The notes: a model not told the origin generated them from the sequence alone. A DNA stretch of 64,000 bases from Candidatus Poribacteria bacterium (GCA_963663765.2 CAXXUA010000004.1:768001-832000), one strand, 5' to 3'. Shown: positions 21,299 to 31,083, counted from the stretch's first letter. A program made the numbers and translations.

Positions 21299-21618
21299 TG
21301 AAGTTTAATAAATAAATTAGGTAATGCTATCTAACCCACCATGGTAGGCGTGCTTTGTAAGCGCGCTGGCACATCAAGTCCCAACAGTGCGGTTAGGAAA
21401 CCGTACCTACCGGGTTTGGGAAAACTTATACTATCCGTTTAATAACTTCAGGACTTACGCAGTTTTCATGATTTGATGAAGAATTATGACGAAAATGGTG
21501 TAATTTTCAGCATTTTTTCGGTTTCCAGCGCCAAATCAACGGTATGAATGCCTTTTGGCATTCCCCGCCTACAAAGCGCGCCTACCGTTGGGTGCGTAAG
21601 TCCTGAACTTAATCTTTA
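21299..21618. mobile_element. TA-flanked MITE (family B) inserted in the loop of a 35-nt unit and itself interrupted by MITE-A
   Basis: TA-TGAAGTTTAA ... TTAATCTTTA-TA; removing it restores GGTATGAATACCTTATGGCATTCCCC. Confidence 0.7.
21449..21605. mobile_element. MITE-A copy with 35-nt unit; inverted twin of 1256-1412
   Basis: Perfect TIRs, 5-bp TSD AACTT, same insertion at the same position. Confidence 0.9.
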
Positions 21619-21804
21619 TATGGCATTCCCCAGGGTATGAATGCCTCATGATATTCCCCGAGTCGCTCCTACCGAGAGGTTTCTCTATTCAAAATCCGAG
21701 TATATAGGAAAACGAGATAATCCTGCTATAGGAAAAATGTAATTGACTTTACCTTCGACATCTGATAGTATAATATTTCAAATAAATACTTTAGGAGACT
21801 TTTA

Positions 21805-22587
21805 ATGCATAAAAAGTTTATTACAATCGGGATCACTGCAATATTACTTTTAACAGTCAGTTACACTTATGCTTTAGAACAAAAAGATATCTTAGTTTTT
21901 TATTCGTTTGATATTCTTGATGGTAATATGATCAAGGACGAATCTGGAAAAAATCATGATGCCGAGTTAGTTGGAAATGGTGAACTCGTAGATGGAGAAT
22001 TTAATAAAGCAATCCATTTAACAGGTGGGGTCGTACATTTGAGTAATGCTAACGATGTTGTCAAACCCATCAGTGAGAATGGTGAATTTACGTTGGCAGC
22101 ATGGTTCTATTTAAATAGTCATGCGAATTATGATGGTATCGTATCAATTGAGGTGCCAGGTGGAGATTGCTGCGAATTTCGTATGATGGTAGATCCCAAT
22201 TTCAAGCCGTTTTGGGATGCAGCACATCATGTGGATAGAAAGTTGGATAATTTTACATTTGAATTAAATAAATGGTTCCACTACGTTTTAGTCGCTGATG
22301 GTAAGGATGGAAAAATTTTTGTTAACGGTGAATTTGTCGGATCGCAGCAAGAAAATTTTGAGTTTCCAAATTATGAAGAGGCATCAGTTTTCATTGGTGC
22401 GGGAGAAAGTCTCAATAGTCATAAAGTTGAGGACGCGCTTATTGATGAAGTCGCCATCTATTCAAAAGCATTGACTGAAAAAGAAGTTCAATCCTCTATG
22501 GAACTGGGTGTTAAGGGAGCTCTTGCTGTTGAAGCAGAACATAAATTAGCTCTTACTTGGGGCCAACTGAAATCAGAAAATAAATAA
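21805..22587 (+). CDS. Secreted LamG/concanavalin A-like domain protein with C-terminal TWGxxK motif
   Basis: Signal peptide, FTLAAW, WFHYV, IDEVAIYSKALT; ends KLALTWGQLKSENK. Confidence 0.85.
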   Translation: MHKKFITIGITAILLLTVSYTYALEQKDILVFYSFDILDGNMIKDESGKNHDAELVGNGELVDGEFNKAIHLTGGVVHLSNANDVVKPISENGEFTLAAWFYLNSHANYDGIVSIEVPGGDCCEFRMMVDPNFKPFWDAAHHVDRKLDNFTFELNKWFHYVLVADGKDGKIFVNGEFVGSQQENFEFPNYEEASVFIGAGESLNSHKVEDALIDEVAIYSKALTEKEVQSSMELGVKGALAVEAEHKLALTWGQLKSENK

Positions 22588-22707
22588 CTTCAATCATTTT
22601 GAGCTGGTAGGATTAGATAGTTTTAACATTTATTATATATTTTTTTGAGAAAATCGCGACCGGGAGGTCGCTCCTACTACGATACTTTTTTATTAAAATA
22701 TTAGGTA

Positions 22708-23443
22708 CAGGACTTACACAGTTTCTTGATTTAATCAGGAATTATGATGAAAATGATGTAATTATCAGCATTTTTACAGGTTTCCGGCGCGCTTACAAAG
22801 CACGCCTACCGTTGGGTGCGTAAGTCCTGATTAGATACAGGACTTACACAGTTTCTTGATTTAATCATGAATTATGATGAAAATGATGTAATTATCAGCA
22901 TTTTTACAGGTTTCCAGCGCGCTTACAAAGCACGCCTACCGTTGGGTGCGTAAGTCCTGATTAGATACAGGACTTACACAGTTTCTTGATTTAATCAGGA
23001 ATTATGATGAAAATGATGTAATTATCAGCATTTTTACAGGTTTCCAGCGCGCTTACAAAGCACGCCTACCGTTGGGTGCGTAAGTCCTGATTAGATACAG
23101 GACTTACACAGTTTCTTGATTTAATCAGGAATTATGATGAAAATGATGTAATTATCAGCATTTTTACAGGTTTCCAGCGCGCTTACAAAGCACGCCTACC
23201 GTTGGGTGCGTAAGTCCTGATTAGATACAGGACTTACACAGTTTCTTGATTTAATCATGAATTATGATGAAAATGATGTAATTATCAGCATTTTTACAGG
23301 TTTCCAGCGCGCTTACAAAGCACCAAATCATGTAATCAACGGTATGAATTCCTTATGGTATTCCCCGGGTATGAATCATGGAGCGTGCCATACGCGCATG
23401 CTTCTTTAGGCATTCACCGCCTACCGTTTTTGCATAAGTCCTG
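22708..23443. repeat. Head-to-tail array of five MITE-A copies (130-bp period)
   Basis: Units start at 22708, 22838, 22968, 23098, 23228; linker ATTAGATA; array flanked by AGGTA; last unit carries nested 35-nt units. Confidence 0.92.
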
Positions 23444-23483
23444 AGGTAATTGAATCTTCCTGTTGAAGTGGGGACAGTCATTT

Positions 23484-23936
23484 ATGAAATTCGGATTTTT
23501 ATCACGTATATTTGAAGGTGCTATGAGCATTGAAAAAACTTACAACCAATGTGACAAAGCGTTAGGTGCTTTACGTTCTTATAACGAAAAACAGCAGCAG
23601 GAAAATGTTCCATATTCCGCCTCAGAAAAAACAGAACTTGATAATGTGGTTAACATTGCTATAGAAAATGCAACGCGACTTGTTGAAAAGGAAGGAGAAC
23701 GGAATTGGCCTGGCGTTTTTCGTGAAATGCACAAGAACTTGGCAAATATATATCTGGAACTTGAGGAATATGATAAGGTTCGTGAAGCGTGTGAACGGCT
23801 GCAAAATTATGGAGAAGTCGGAAAACTGGATGCTGAGGAAGTTATTAAAAACCTCAGTGAAAGAGAAAATGGCGATTCAACATCTACTGACACTGCGAAT
23901 CAACCCCGTCCTCCATCTCAAAGTTCAATTCTATAA
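23484..23936 (+). CDS. Hypothetical helical (TPR-like) protein
   Basis: Only long ORF in the interval; NLANIYLELEEYDK is TPR-like. Confidence 0.6.
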   Translation: MKFGFLSRIFEGAMSIEKTYNQCDKALGALRSYNEKQQQENVPYSASEKTELDNVVNIAIENATRLVEKEGERNWPGVFREMHKNLANIYLELEEYDKVREACERLQNYGEVGKLDAEEVIKNLSERENGDSTSTDTANQPRPPSQSSIL

Positions 23937-24197
23937 TGTTGGTTATCTATAACAGAATAAACGTCGTTATAGAGACAATCAAGTTTATATATCCTTCCTT
24001 TTAGCATAAATATCAGCAACATATATAGTAGGCTTTAGAATTAATTTCACATTATGTTAGGCAGAATACGCATGTGGTATTCTGTTTTGGTTATGAAATC
24101 GCATTTACCGTTGGAAATGATAAAATCCGTTAATTTTGTATGAGTGTCCCAAGACTTATATTACCCAGTGTTATGCTTCTTTATACTTCTATGAATA

Positions 24198-26084
24198 ATG
24201 GTATTTTTAAATCCTGTTGCGTTCTACCTATTAGCAACTATCCCGATTGTATTTGCGTTGCATTTTTTGAAGTTACGCAGACAACGATATGTTGTGTCAA
24301 GTATACTACTCTGGCGTACAAGTACTGAGGATCAGAAAGCGAATGTACCATTTCAACGACTTCGGAGTTGGTTGGTGCCGTTTCTCCAATGCTTGTTTCT
24401 ACTCCTCATCGTTACCAGTGTTGCGCGTCCTGCTTTGCGAATACCGGGTATCATACACGGAAAGATCATTTATATCGTTGACAATTCTGCCAGCATGCAG
24501 TCAACAGAGATGGGAGAAACCAGACTTTCACTCGCCAAAAAAGAGGTACTGAAACAGATAATACAGGTTTCTGCAAGTGGCGGTATCATGATAATGGTAA
24601 CACATCCATCAACGCAGCATGTTCATCAAACATTTACTACGGATATACAGAAACTGCAGACAGCGATAGAGCACATCCCATCAACACACATTGGTCATTA
24701 TTCTACATCCGTATTTGACCTTGCATCACGTTATGTAGACACAGATCAGGATCAGATTGTTTTTGTTAGCGATTCTATTAAAAATATTCCTACCACATCT
24801 ATTCCTATCAACGCTGTACCTATAGGAATGACTGCTGAAAACATTGGTATTGTTCAATTCTCTATTGAGCGAATGGCAGACCAATACACAGTACTTGCAA
24901 GGATTCAGAATTGGACTGATTCAGAAAGGGAAGTAGACACACGATTAGAGTTGGAAAGTGAAAAACCGATATCTGAAAAAACAGTGAAAATTCCAGCCGG
25001 AGAGGTACAAACCGTATTGTATTCACTCAGTGCTAAAGATTTGGAGGGTATTTCCATAAGTCTCCATCTCGTTGATGTGGCGGACGACTTTGTTGCGGAC
25101 AACAGAGCTTGGGCAATCCTGCAACCGAAACAGCAATTCCGTATCCTGCTTGTAAGTGACCGAAGTCAACCGTTTTTGACACGACTATTGAGTAGTGCAG
25201 GAGACAACATTGAACTAAAGTCAATATCCACTGCTGAATTCCAATCAACAGGGGATACGGATGTTGTAATATTTGATGGAGGAATCTCTAAGTCAAATAA
25301 CTTTATTAACAATACTGGAAGGGAAAGCATTATCTTTATCAACCCAAAAAGTGCCTTACCAATTCTAACTGAAACCGCTTATGATGTTATTTCAACACCT
25401 GTCTCCGTTATCAAAGAGGAAAAAACGCATCCGATTATGCAAGGTATCTCTTTGTTGGGTTTACACATAAAAGAATCTGTCAATAGAGAAATACCGACAT
25501 GGGGTAATGTCATTATTGAAACGGAGAAGGGGCCTTTAATTTGGCTTGGACAAGATGTAGGACGACAATTATTAGTTTTTGAGTTTGACGCTTTCAATCC
25601 AGAAATCTCATCTTTTCCCATCACCATACCAGATGTTGCACTTTTTGTGTATCAATACTTGGAATGGCTTGAGTCCAGAACTGCTCCGATTCAATCCCTT
25701 GCAGTTCAACAAGGAGTTGATGGAATGAGTTTTCGGACAGGAGAGAAATTGAAAATTGAACTACCCAAAAGTGTAACAGGAATTATACAAGTGAAAAAAC
25801 CTGACGGGACTATAGTTAATTTGGAAAATGATGTATTCACAGAAACAGATCAAGTTGGTGTTTATTCAGTGTATGTTGAAAACGTCTTATATGACCGATT
25901 TGCGCTGAACTTACTTGATGAAACAGAATCCACTCTCTCATCCATCAACCCAGAAATCAACATACAAAAACCTGTAGATAATATAAAAACGTTGAAACCA
26001 CTCATGCAAGAGGTATGGCAATGGGTTGTACTATTCGCTGTCGGTTTCCTCTTGTGTGAGTGGTGGTGCTATCACCGAAGCTAA
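24198..26084 (+). CDS. BatA-N/VWA domain membrane protein
   Basis: FLNP BatA N-terminus, ARP, DNSASM MIDAS motif, C-terminal TM ending EWW. Confidence 0.88.
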   Translation: MVFLNPVAFYLLATIPIVFALHFLKLRRQRYVVSSILLWRTSTEDQKANVPFQRLRSWLVPFLQCLFLLLIVTSVARPALRIPGIIHGKIIYIVDNSASMQSTEMGETRLSLAKKEVLKQIIQVSASGGIMIMVTHPSTQHVHQTFTTDIQKLQTAIEHIPSTHIGHYSTSVFDLASRYVDTDQDQIVFVSDSIKNIPTTSIPINAVPIGMTAENIGIVQFSIERMADQYTVLARIQNWTDSEREVDTRLELESEKPISEKTVKIPAGEVQTVLYSLSAKDLEGISISLHLVDVADDFVADNRAWAILQPKQQFRILLVSDRSQPFLTRLLSSAGDNIELKSISTAEFQSTGDTDVVIFDGGISKSNNFINNTGRESIIFINPKSALPILTETAYDVISTPVSVIKEEKTHPIMQGISLLGLHIKESVNREIPTWGNVIIETEKGPLIWLGQDVGRQLLVFEFDAFNPEISSFPITIPDVALFVYQYLEWLESRTAPIQSLAVQQGVDGMSFRTGEKLKIELPKSVTGIIQVKKPDGTIVNLENDVFTETDQVGVYSVYVENVLYDRFALNLLDETESTLSSINPEINIQKPVDNIKTLKPLMQEVWQWVVLFAVGFLLCEWWCYHRS

Positions 26085-26666
26085 CCCTTCAAGAACCCGA
26101 ACTACCAATGTCTCTTTCCGCATTGCACCGGCAAATCTCGTAACCATTTTGCCATTATAAAATAAAATATAGGTTGGTGTGCCACGTATATGATGTGCTG
26201 TTGTTTGCACTGGATTGTCATTAACTTCTAACTTTGCTACTGTAAAAACGTCACGATACTCTAAAGCAACTTCAGAAACCACCGGTCTCATCAATATACA
26301 GTAAATTCAGTAGACTGAGTGGAATTCAACTAAAATGGGAAGTGATGCATTATTGAGAGTAGCGTTAAAAGTTGCGTCAGTGATTTCAAGCGGAAAGCCA
26401 GAATACTTACCAAAATGGCTTGCTATCAATTGCAGATCAAGTATGTTGATATCACCATCACCGTTTATGTCTGGATTAGGTGTCTGATCTTCTACTGGTA
26501 TCTCACCAAATTGTGAAGCGACATAGACTAAATCAAGGATGTTAATGACTCCATCCGTATTTACATCAGATGCAAGTAGACTATCAAAATCTGTTTCATC
26601 TTGAGCAGAAACTACAGAAAATAGACAAATTGCAAGCAATAAACATATCCATTTTTTCATAAGCAT
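26031..26666 (-). CDS. Candidate selenoprotein: signal peptide + dockerin-type domain + thioredoxin (UxxC) via TGA readthrough
   Basis: ORFs 26307-26666 and 26031-26294 share a frame; junction reads LVEFHSVY-TGA-IYCILMRP; DVNTDGVINILDL and DINGDGDINILDL repeats; IRGTPT cis-Pro motif. Confidence 0.8.
26273..26289 (-). promoter_or_regulatory. Putative bacterial SECIS hairpin
   Basis: GAGACC-GGT-GGTTTC stem-loop starting 17 nt after the TGA, with G at the start of the loop. Confidence 0.55.
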
Positions 26667-26672
26667 TTTCCT

Positions 26673-28040
26673 TTACATAAGCAATAGATAGGGATTTTGA
26701 ATATATTTGGACACGTTTTGAAGGAACTGTGCGGCAGGTGCACCGTCCACTATACGGTGATCAAACGTCAAGCTGAGTGCTAACATGCTCCGTATTGTGA
26801 TTTCATCTTCGTGGACAATAGGTTTCTTTGCTATCCGACCAACACCGAGAATTGCACACTCAGGTGGATTGATGATCGGTGTAAATGCATCAATACCAAA
26901 ATTACCGAGATTTGTTATCGTGAAAGTACCACCTTGCAGTTCACCTGGAGTGAGTTGATTGTTACGTGCCTTGTCTGCTAAGGTTTTTACCTGTTCGGAG
27001 ATAGCACGCAAACCGATCTGATCAACGCTTCGTATTACAGGTACGACAAGACCATCTTCTAATGCTACTGCAACTCCGATGTTGATGTCTGATAACAACT
27101 CAATCCCTTCTTCTGTGAGTATAGCATTTAGTCTTGGGTGTTCCCGTAATGCTGCAGCAACTATCTTGACTAGTAGATCGGTATAGGTAAGGTTAACTTC
27201 GTCCTTTTGTAGTTCGTCATTGAACAGTGTTCGTAATTCAACGAGTGTTGTCGCGTCAACTTCTGTGTGCAATGTGACACTTGCATTCGTCTGCAGGCTC
27301 ATTGTCATGCGTTCTGCAATAATCTTCCGCATGCCGCTAAGTTTAATCACTTCTGATTCAATAGTTTCAGGACGAAATACTTGCGGGGGTATCTTATCGG
27401 TGACTTGGAGTACATCATCACGTACAATTCTGCCATCTGGACCGGAACCATTGATTGTTGTGAGGTCAAGACCGAATTCCTTTGCTAACCTCCGCGCAAG
27501 AGGCGAAGCTTTAAGGCGCGTTGATTCAGTAGAAACCTGTCCTCTGGTCTCAATAAAACGGTGGACATCATCTTCAAGAATACGACCCCCCGGACCAGAT
27601 GGTTTTACATGTGTTAAATCAATTTTGAGTTTCTCTGCTAACTGTTGAGCAGATGGAGATGCTTTGGTTGGGATTGTCGTTTGGGTAGGACGTAGTGGCG
27701 GCGTTTTTGTTGCAGCAGAAGATGTTGATTCAGTCTGCTCAGGTGCTTCTGACACAGGTAATGCAGTTGCAGTATTTGCCACTATACGTTCAACTTCCTC
27801 TCCTGGTGCTGCAATAATCGCTAACAACGCGTTGACAGGGACATTGCTGCCTTCTTCTGGCAGTATCTGAGCAATAATGCCGTCCATAGGAGCTTCCTGC
27901 TCATGAACAACTTTGTCTGTTTCAATCTCCAACAGGGGTTGTCCTTCGGTAACGGTATCTCCTTCCTTAACAAGCCATTTTCCGATTTTTCCCTTTGTCA
28001 TTGTTTGATCCATTTGAAGCATTCTTAGTTCAACAGCCAT
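26673..28040 (-). CDS. Dihydrolipoamide acyltransferase (2-oxoacid/acetoin dehydrogenase E2)
   Basis: Lipoyl ETDKV, two E3-binding domains (SGPGGRI, GSGPDGRI), TITNLG, FDHRIVDG. Confidence 0.93.
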   Translation of the reverse strand: MAVELRMLQMDQTMTKGKIGKWLVKEGDTVTEGQPLLEIETDKVVHEQEAPMDGIIAQILPEEGSNVPVNALLAIIAAPGEEVERIVANTATALPVSEAPEQTESTSSAATKTPPLRPTQTTIPTKASPSAQQLAEKLKIDLTHVKPSGPGGRILEDDVHRFIETRGQVSTESTRLKASPLARRLAKEFGLDLTTINGSGPDGRIVRDDVLQVTDKIPPQVFRPETIESEVIKLSGMRKIIAERMTMSLQTNASVTLHTEVDATTLVELRTLFNDELQKDEVNLTYTDLLVKIVAAALREHPRLNAILTEEGIELLSDINIGVAVALEDGLVVPVIRSVDQIGLRAISEQVKTLADKARNNQLTPGELQGGTFTITNLGNFGIDAFTPIINPPECAILGVGRIAKKPIVHEDEITIRSMLALSLTFDHRIVDGAPAAQFLQNVSKYIQNPYLLLM

Positions 28041-28049
28041 CAACTTCTC

Positions 28050-28364
28050 CTATTTTCTTGATGTATCCTCCATAGGTTTTTCTATGAGTTGTAAGAGGCG
28101 TTCTAAGTTCTCATCTTTTTCCAGAATGAGGGCAATTTTTTGGTATTGATCCCCTTTGAAAAACGCCTGCACAAAAGGACTAAAGGCAATCAGCAACTGT
28201 GATCCCAAAAAGTTCAGCGGTTTCCCTGTTTCAAGGAAAATAATTGCCGGTGCGGTAAGATTGCGGCGTTTAATCCATAGTGCCAGTTTTTCTAACAAAG
28301 CGTGTTGTTCTTCTTCCGGTATATCTTCAAGTATACTCGGAATTTCTTGGTTTGGGTTGTACAT
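28050..28364 (-). CDS. Conserved hypothetical protein
   Basis: Co-oriented, tightly packed ORF; PAIIFLETGKPL pattern. Confidence 0.7.
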   Translation of the reverse strand: MYNPNQEIPSILEDIPEEEQHALLEKLALWIKRRNLTAPAIIFLETGKPLNFLGSQLLIAFSPFVQAFFKGDQYQKIALILEKDENLERLLQLIEKPMEDTSRK

Positions 28365-28410
28365 TATATGTACCTACACGATACAATAGGAGTGTAAGAT
28401 TTTCTCAGTC

Positions 28411-29451
28411 TTATATTTCTAAATCGTTTAAATAATCGGCAATGTGCTTTGGTTGACCATCCAGTGTTGTTTCAATTGCGGCGATAACAAGAACGAAACT
28501 CTTGATGTTGTCCTCAATCCGCGTTGCTGAAGGTTTGCCGCCATCAAGCCAGTTCAAAAACTCATCAAAAAGGAAATGATGTGCATGATAACGCATTTCT
28601 GGAGCATTATACACTTCACTTTCTCCACCAACTTTATGGATAGTGATTTGATCATGGTCCGAGATTTCTACAGTGCCTTCCTCAAATTCAGCGCGGTAAT
28701 GTTCATAATTCCATCTTTTAGTGAGGCCTGCTGCTGAGCTGTTGCCCTCGTAGGCAGCATGAACCCCGTTGTTCATTCGCATGAGATAATATCCGCTGGA
28801 ATAATGCTTGAAACTTGACCATTCTGGATTCCAACCGAATCCTAACAAAGTTTCACAATCTCCACCAGAGAGAAATCTTAGCATGTCAAGGTGATGTACA
28901 GATCCCTCAATGAGGAGCGGGTAATTCATATCGTGTCGCCACGCCTTGCTCCAAGACTTGTAGCGACGTAAGTCGCAGGCATACCATCCAACTATATGCT
29001 GTAATCCTCCCAAGCGACCTTCCTCACGAATACGGACAATTTCCTGTTTATTGTTATTATATCGGTAGTTTTGTATAATCACACAAGGCAAACCAGTTTT
29101 CTGTGATGTGCGTACCATTGCTTTTGCTGCGTCTAAAGTATCGGCAATCGGCTTTTCACATAAAACTGGCATACCGTTTTCCATAGCTGCAATTGCAGCA
29201 GGACTGTGAAATTTAGGTGGGGTCGCCACACCACAGAAATCTGCTTTGACCGAGGCACACGCTTCATTAAAATCTGTAAATAGTTGCGATTTACTTAAGC
29301 CTAAATATTCACGCTGCGTTTTTAGGACTTCAGGATTGATGTCTGCTACACCTACAAATTCTACACGGTCACCAAAATATGTGCTGAAGTGGTCTATCCA
29401 GCGACCCCCCATTCCACTTCCACCAATCATCAAACATGTTTTCTTAGCCAT
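28411..29451 (-). CDS. Gfo/Idh/MocA family oxidoreductase
   Basis: IGGSGMG, CEKP, QNYRY, SVHHLD. Confidence 0.9.
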   Translation of the reverse strand: MAKKTCLMIGGSGMGGRWIDHFSTYFGDRVEFVGVADINPEVLKTQREYLGLSKSQLFTDFNEACASVKADFCGVATPPKFHSPAAIAAMENGMPVLCEKPIADTLDAAKAMVRTSQKTGLPCVIIQNYRYNNNKQEIVRIREEGRLGGLQHIVGWYACDLRRYKSWSKAWRHDMNYPLLIEGSVHHLDMLRFLSGGDCETLLGFGWNPEWSSFKHYSSGYYLMRMNNGVHAAYEGNSSAAGLTKRWNYEHYRAEFEEGTVEISDHDQITIHKVGGESEVYNAPEMRYHAHHFLFDEFLNWLDGGKPSATRIEDNIKSFVLVIAAIETTLDGQPKHIADYLNDLEI

Positions 29452-29476
29452 AAATGTCCTATCTGAAATACAATAT

Positions 29477-30517
29477 TTACAAATCCAAATCACTCAGATA
29501 ATCTGCAATCTTCTTCGGTTGACCATCCACTGAGGTTTCCATCGCAGCGATGACGAGAACAAAACTCTTGATGTTGTCTTGTATGCGTGTTGCTGAAGGT
29601 TCATCACCATCAAGCCAATTGAGGAATTCATTAAATAGATATGTGTGCGCATAATGTGAGATTGGTGGTGCTTCATATACCTCTCTTTCGCCACCTACGC
29701 GATGAATCGTTATCTGGTTACCGCCTCCTATTTCAACTGTACCTTCCTCAAATTCTGCGCGGTAATGTTCACCGTTCCAACAATTGATGATTCCCGCTGC
29801 AGAACTGTTTCCTTCATAAGAGGCGTGGACACCGTTATCCATACGCATTAAATAATATCCGCTTGAAAAGTGCTTAAAACTTGACCATTCTGGATTCCAA
29901 CCGAAACCAACTAAGCTTTCGCAATCACCACCAGAGAGGAATCGAAGCATGTCAAGGTGATGTACAGAAGCCTCAAAAAGCAAGCTAAAATCCATATCAT
30001 GGCGCCAGTCCACCCCCCACGATAGATAGCGACGATAGTCACAAGCATATCTTCCAACAACATGCTGGAGCCGTCCTAACCTACCTTCTTCACGGATTCG
30101 GACTAATTCCTGTTTGTTGTTTGCATAGCGATAGTTTTGTATGATTGCACACGGTAAACCGGTTTTCTGTGAAGTTCGCACCATCGCTTTCGCTGCGTCT
30201 AAAGTGTCTGCTATTGGTTTTTCGCTGATCACTGGCATACCGTTTTCCATTGCTGCAACTGCTGCAGGACTATGAAAAGGTGGGGGTGTTGCCACTCCAC
30301 AAAAATCTGCCTTGACCGTTGCACACGCCTCGTTGAAGTCGGTGAATAGTTGTGATGAACTTAGTCCTAAAGCTTTGCCTTGTGCTTCAAGGACATTCGT
30401 TTTTATATCTGCTAAGCCGACAATCTCAACGCGCTCACCGAAATTGTTTGTGAATTGACGAATCCAACCACCAGCCATTCCGCTGCCACCAATCATCAGA
30501 CATTTGAGTTTAGCCAT
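29477..30517 (-). CDS. Gfo/Idh/MocA family oxidoreductase, tandem paralog
   Basis: IGGSGMA, SEKP, SVHHLD; highly similar to the neighbour. Confidence 0.9.
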   Translation of the reverse strand: MAKLKCLMIGGSGMAGGWIRQFTNNFGERVEIVGLADIKTNVLEAQGKALGLSSSQLFTDFNEACATVKADFCGVATPPPFHSPAAVAAMENGMPVISEKPIADTLDAAKAMVRTSQKTGLPCAIIQNYRYANNKQELVRIREEGRLGRLQHVVGRYACDYRRYLSWGVDWRHDMDFSLLFEASVHHLDMLRFLSGGDCESLVGFGWNPEWSSFKHFSSGYYLMRMDNGVHASYEGNSSAAGIINCWNGEHYRAEFEEGTVEIGGGNQITIHRVGGEREVYEAPPISHYAHTYLFNEFLNWLDGDEPSATRIQDNIKSFVLVIAAMETSVDGQPKKIADYLSDLDL

Positions 30518-30618
30518 ATTTTCTCCTTATGAAACTATGGTAGATTTATGAAATATAAGTAGTTTGCTTAATAATATACGACAATTTTATAAATATTGCT
30601 TGTTTTTCTTTTTTTGGA

Positions 30619-31083
30619 CAGGGTTATTCAGTTTTAAGAGTATTCTGTTCTTAAGATTTACTGAAAGTTAATACCCAGGTCCGGTTTCCTAACCGAATTT
30701 TACGCATCAATTTTAATTTATTGAAAACTGAATATCGCGCTTTAGTCCCGTAGGGACGATATGTGTATAGATAACGAATACCCTCCCAATGTCTTTAGTC
30801 CCGTAGGGACGATATGTGTATAGATAACGAATACCCTCCCAATGTCTTTAATCCCGTAGGGACGATATGTGTATAGATAACGAATACCCTCCCAATGTCT
30901 TTAGTCCCGTAGGGACGATATGTGTATTCTTCTATGTCGTTCCTACGGAACTCTATTGGGATTGAAAACATTTTCTATAAACATATCGTTCCTACGGAAC
31001 TAAAGACATGGACAAGATGGTATTACAAAATATTAACGGTATAACAAAATACTATCAAAAATATTGAAAACTGAATAACCTTG
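30619..31083. mobile_element. MITE family D copy with amplified GTCCCGTAGGGAC repeats
   Basis: TIR CAGGGTTATTCAGTTTT / AAAACTGAATAACCTTG; inverted relative of 44046-44533. Confidence 0.8.
30741..30927. repeat. 53-bp tandem repeat (about 3.5 units) with GTCCC-GTA-GGGAC hairpin
   Basis: Units at 30741, 30794, 30847, 30900, followed by two inverted arms. Confidence 0.9.

Noticed and set aside
22708-23443. CRISPR array or ncRNA cluster
   Set aside because: Units are whole MITE-A copies with a constant linker; no unique spacers
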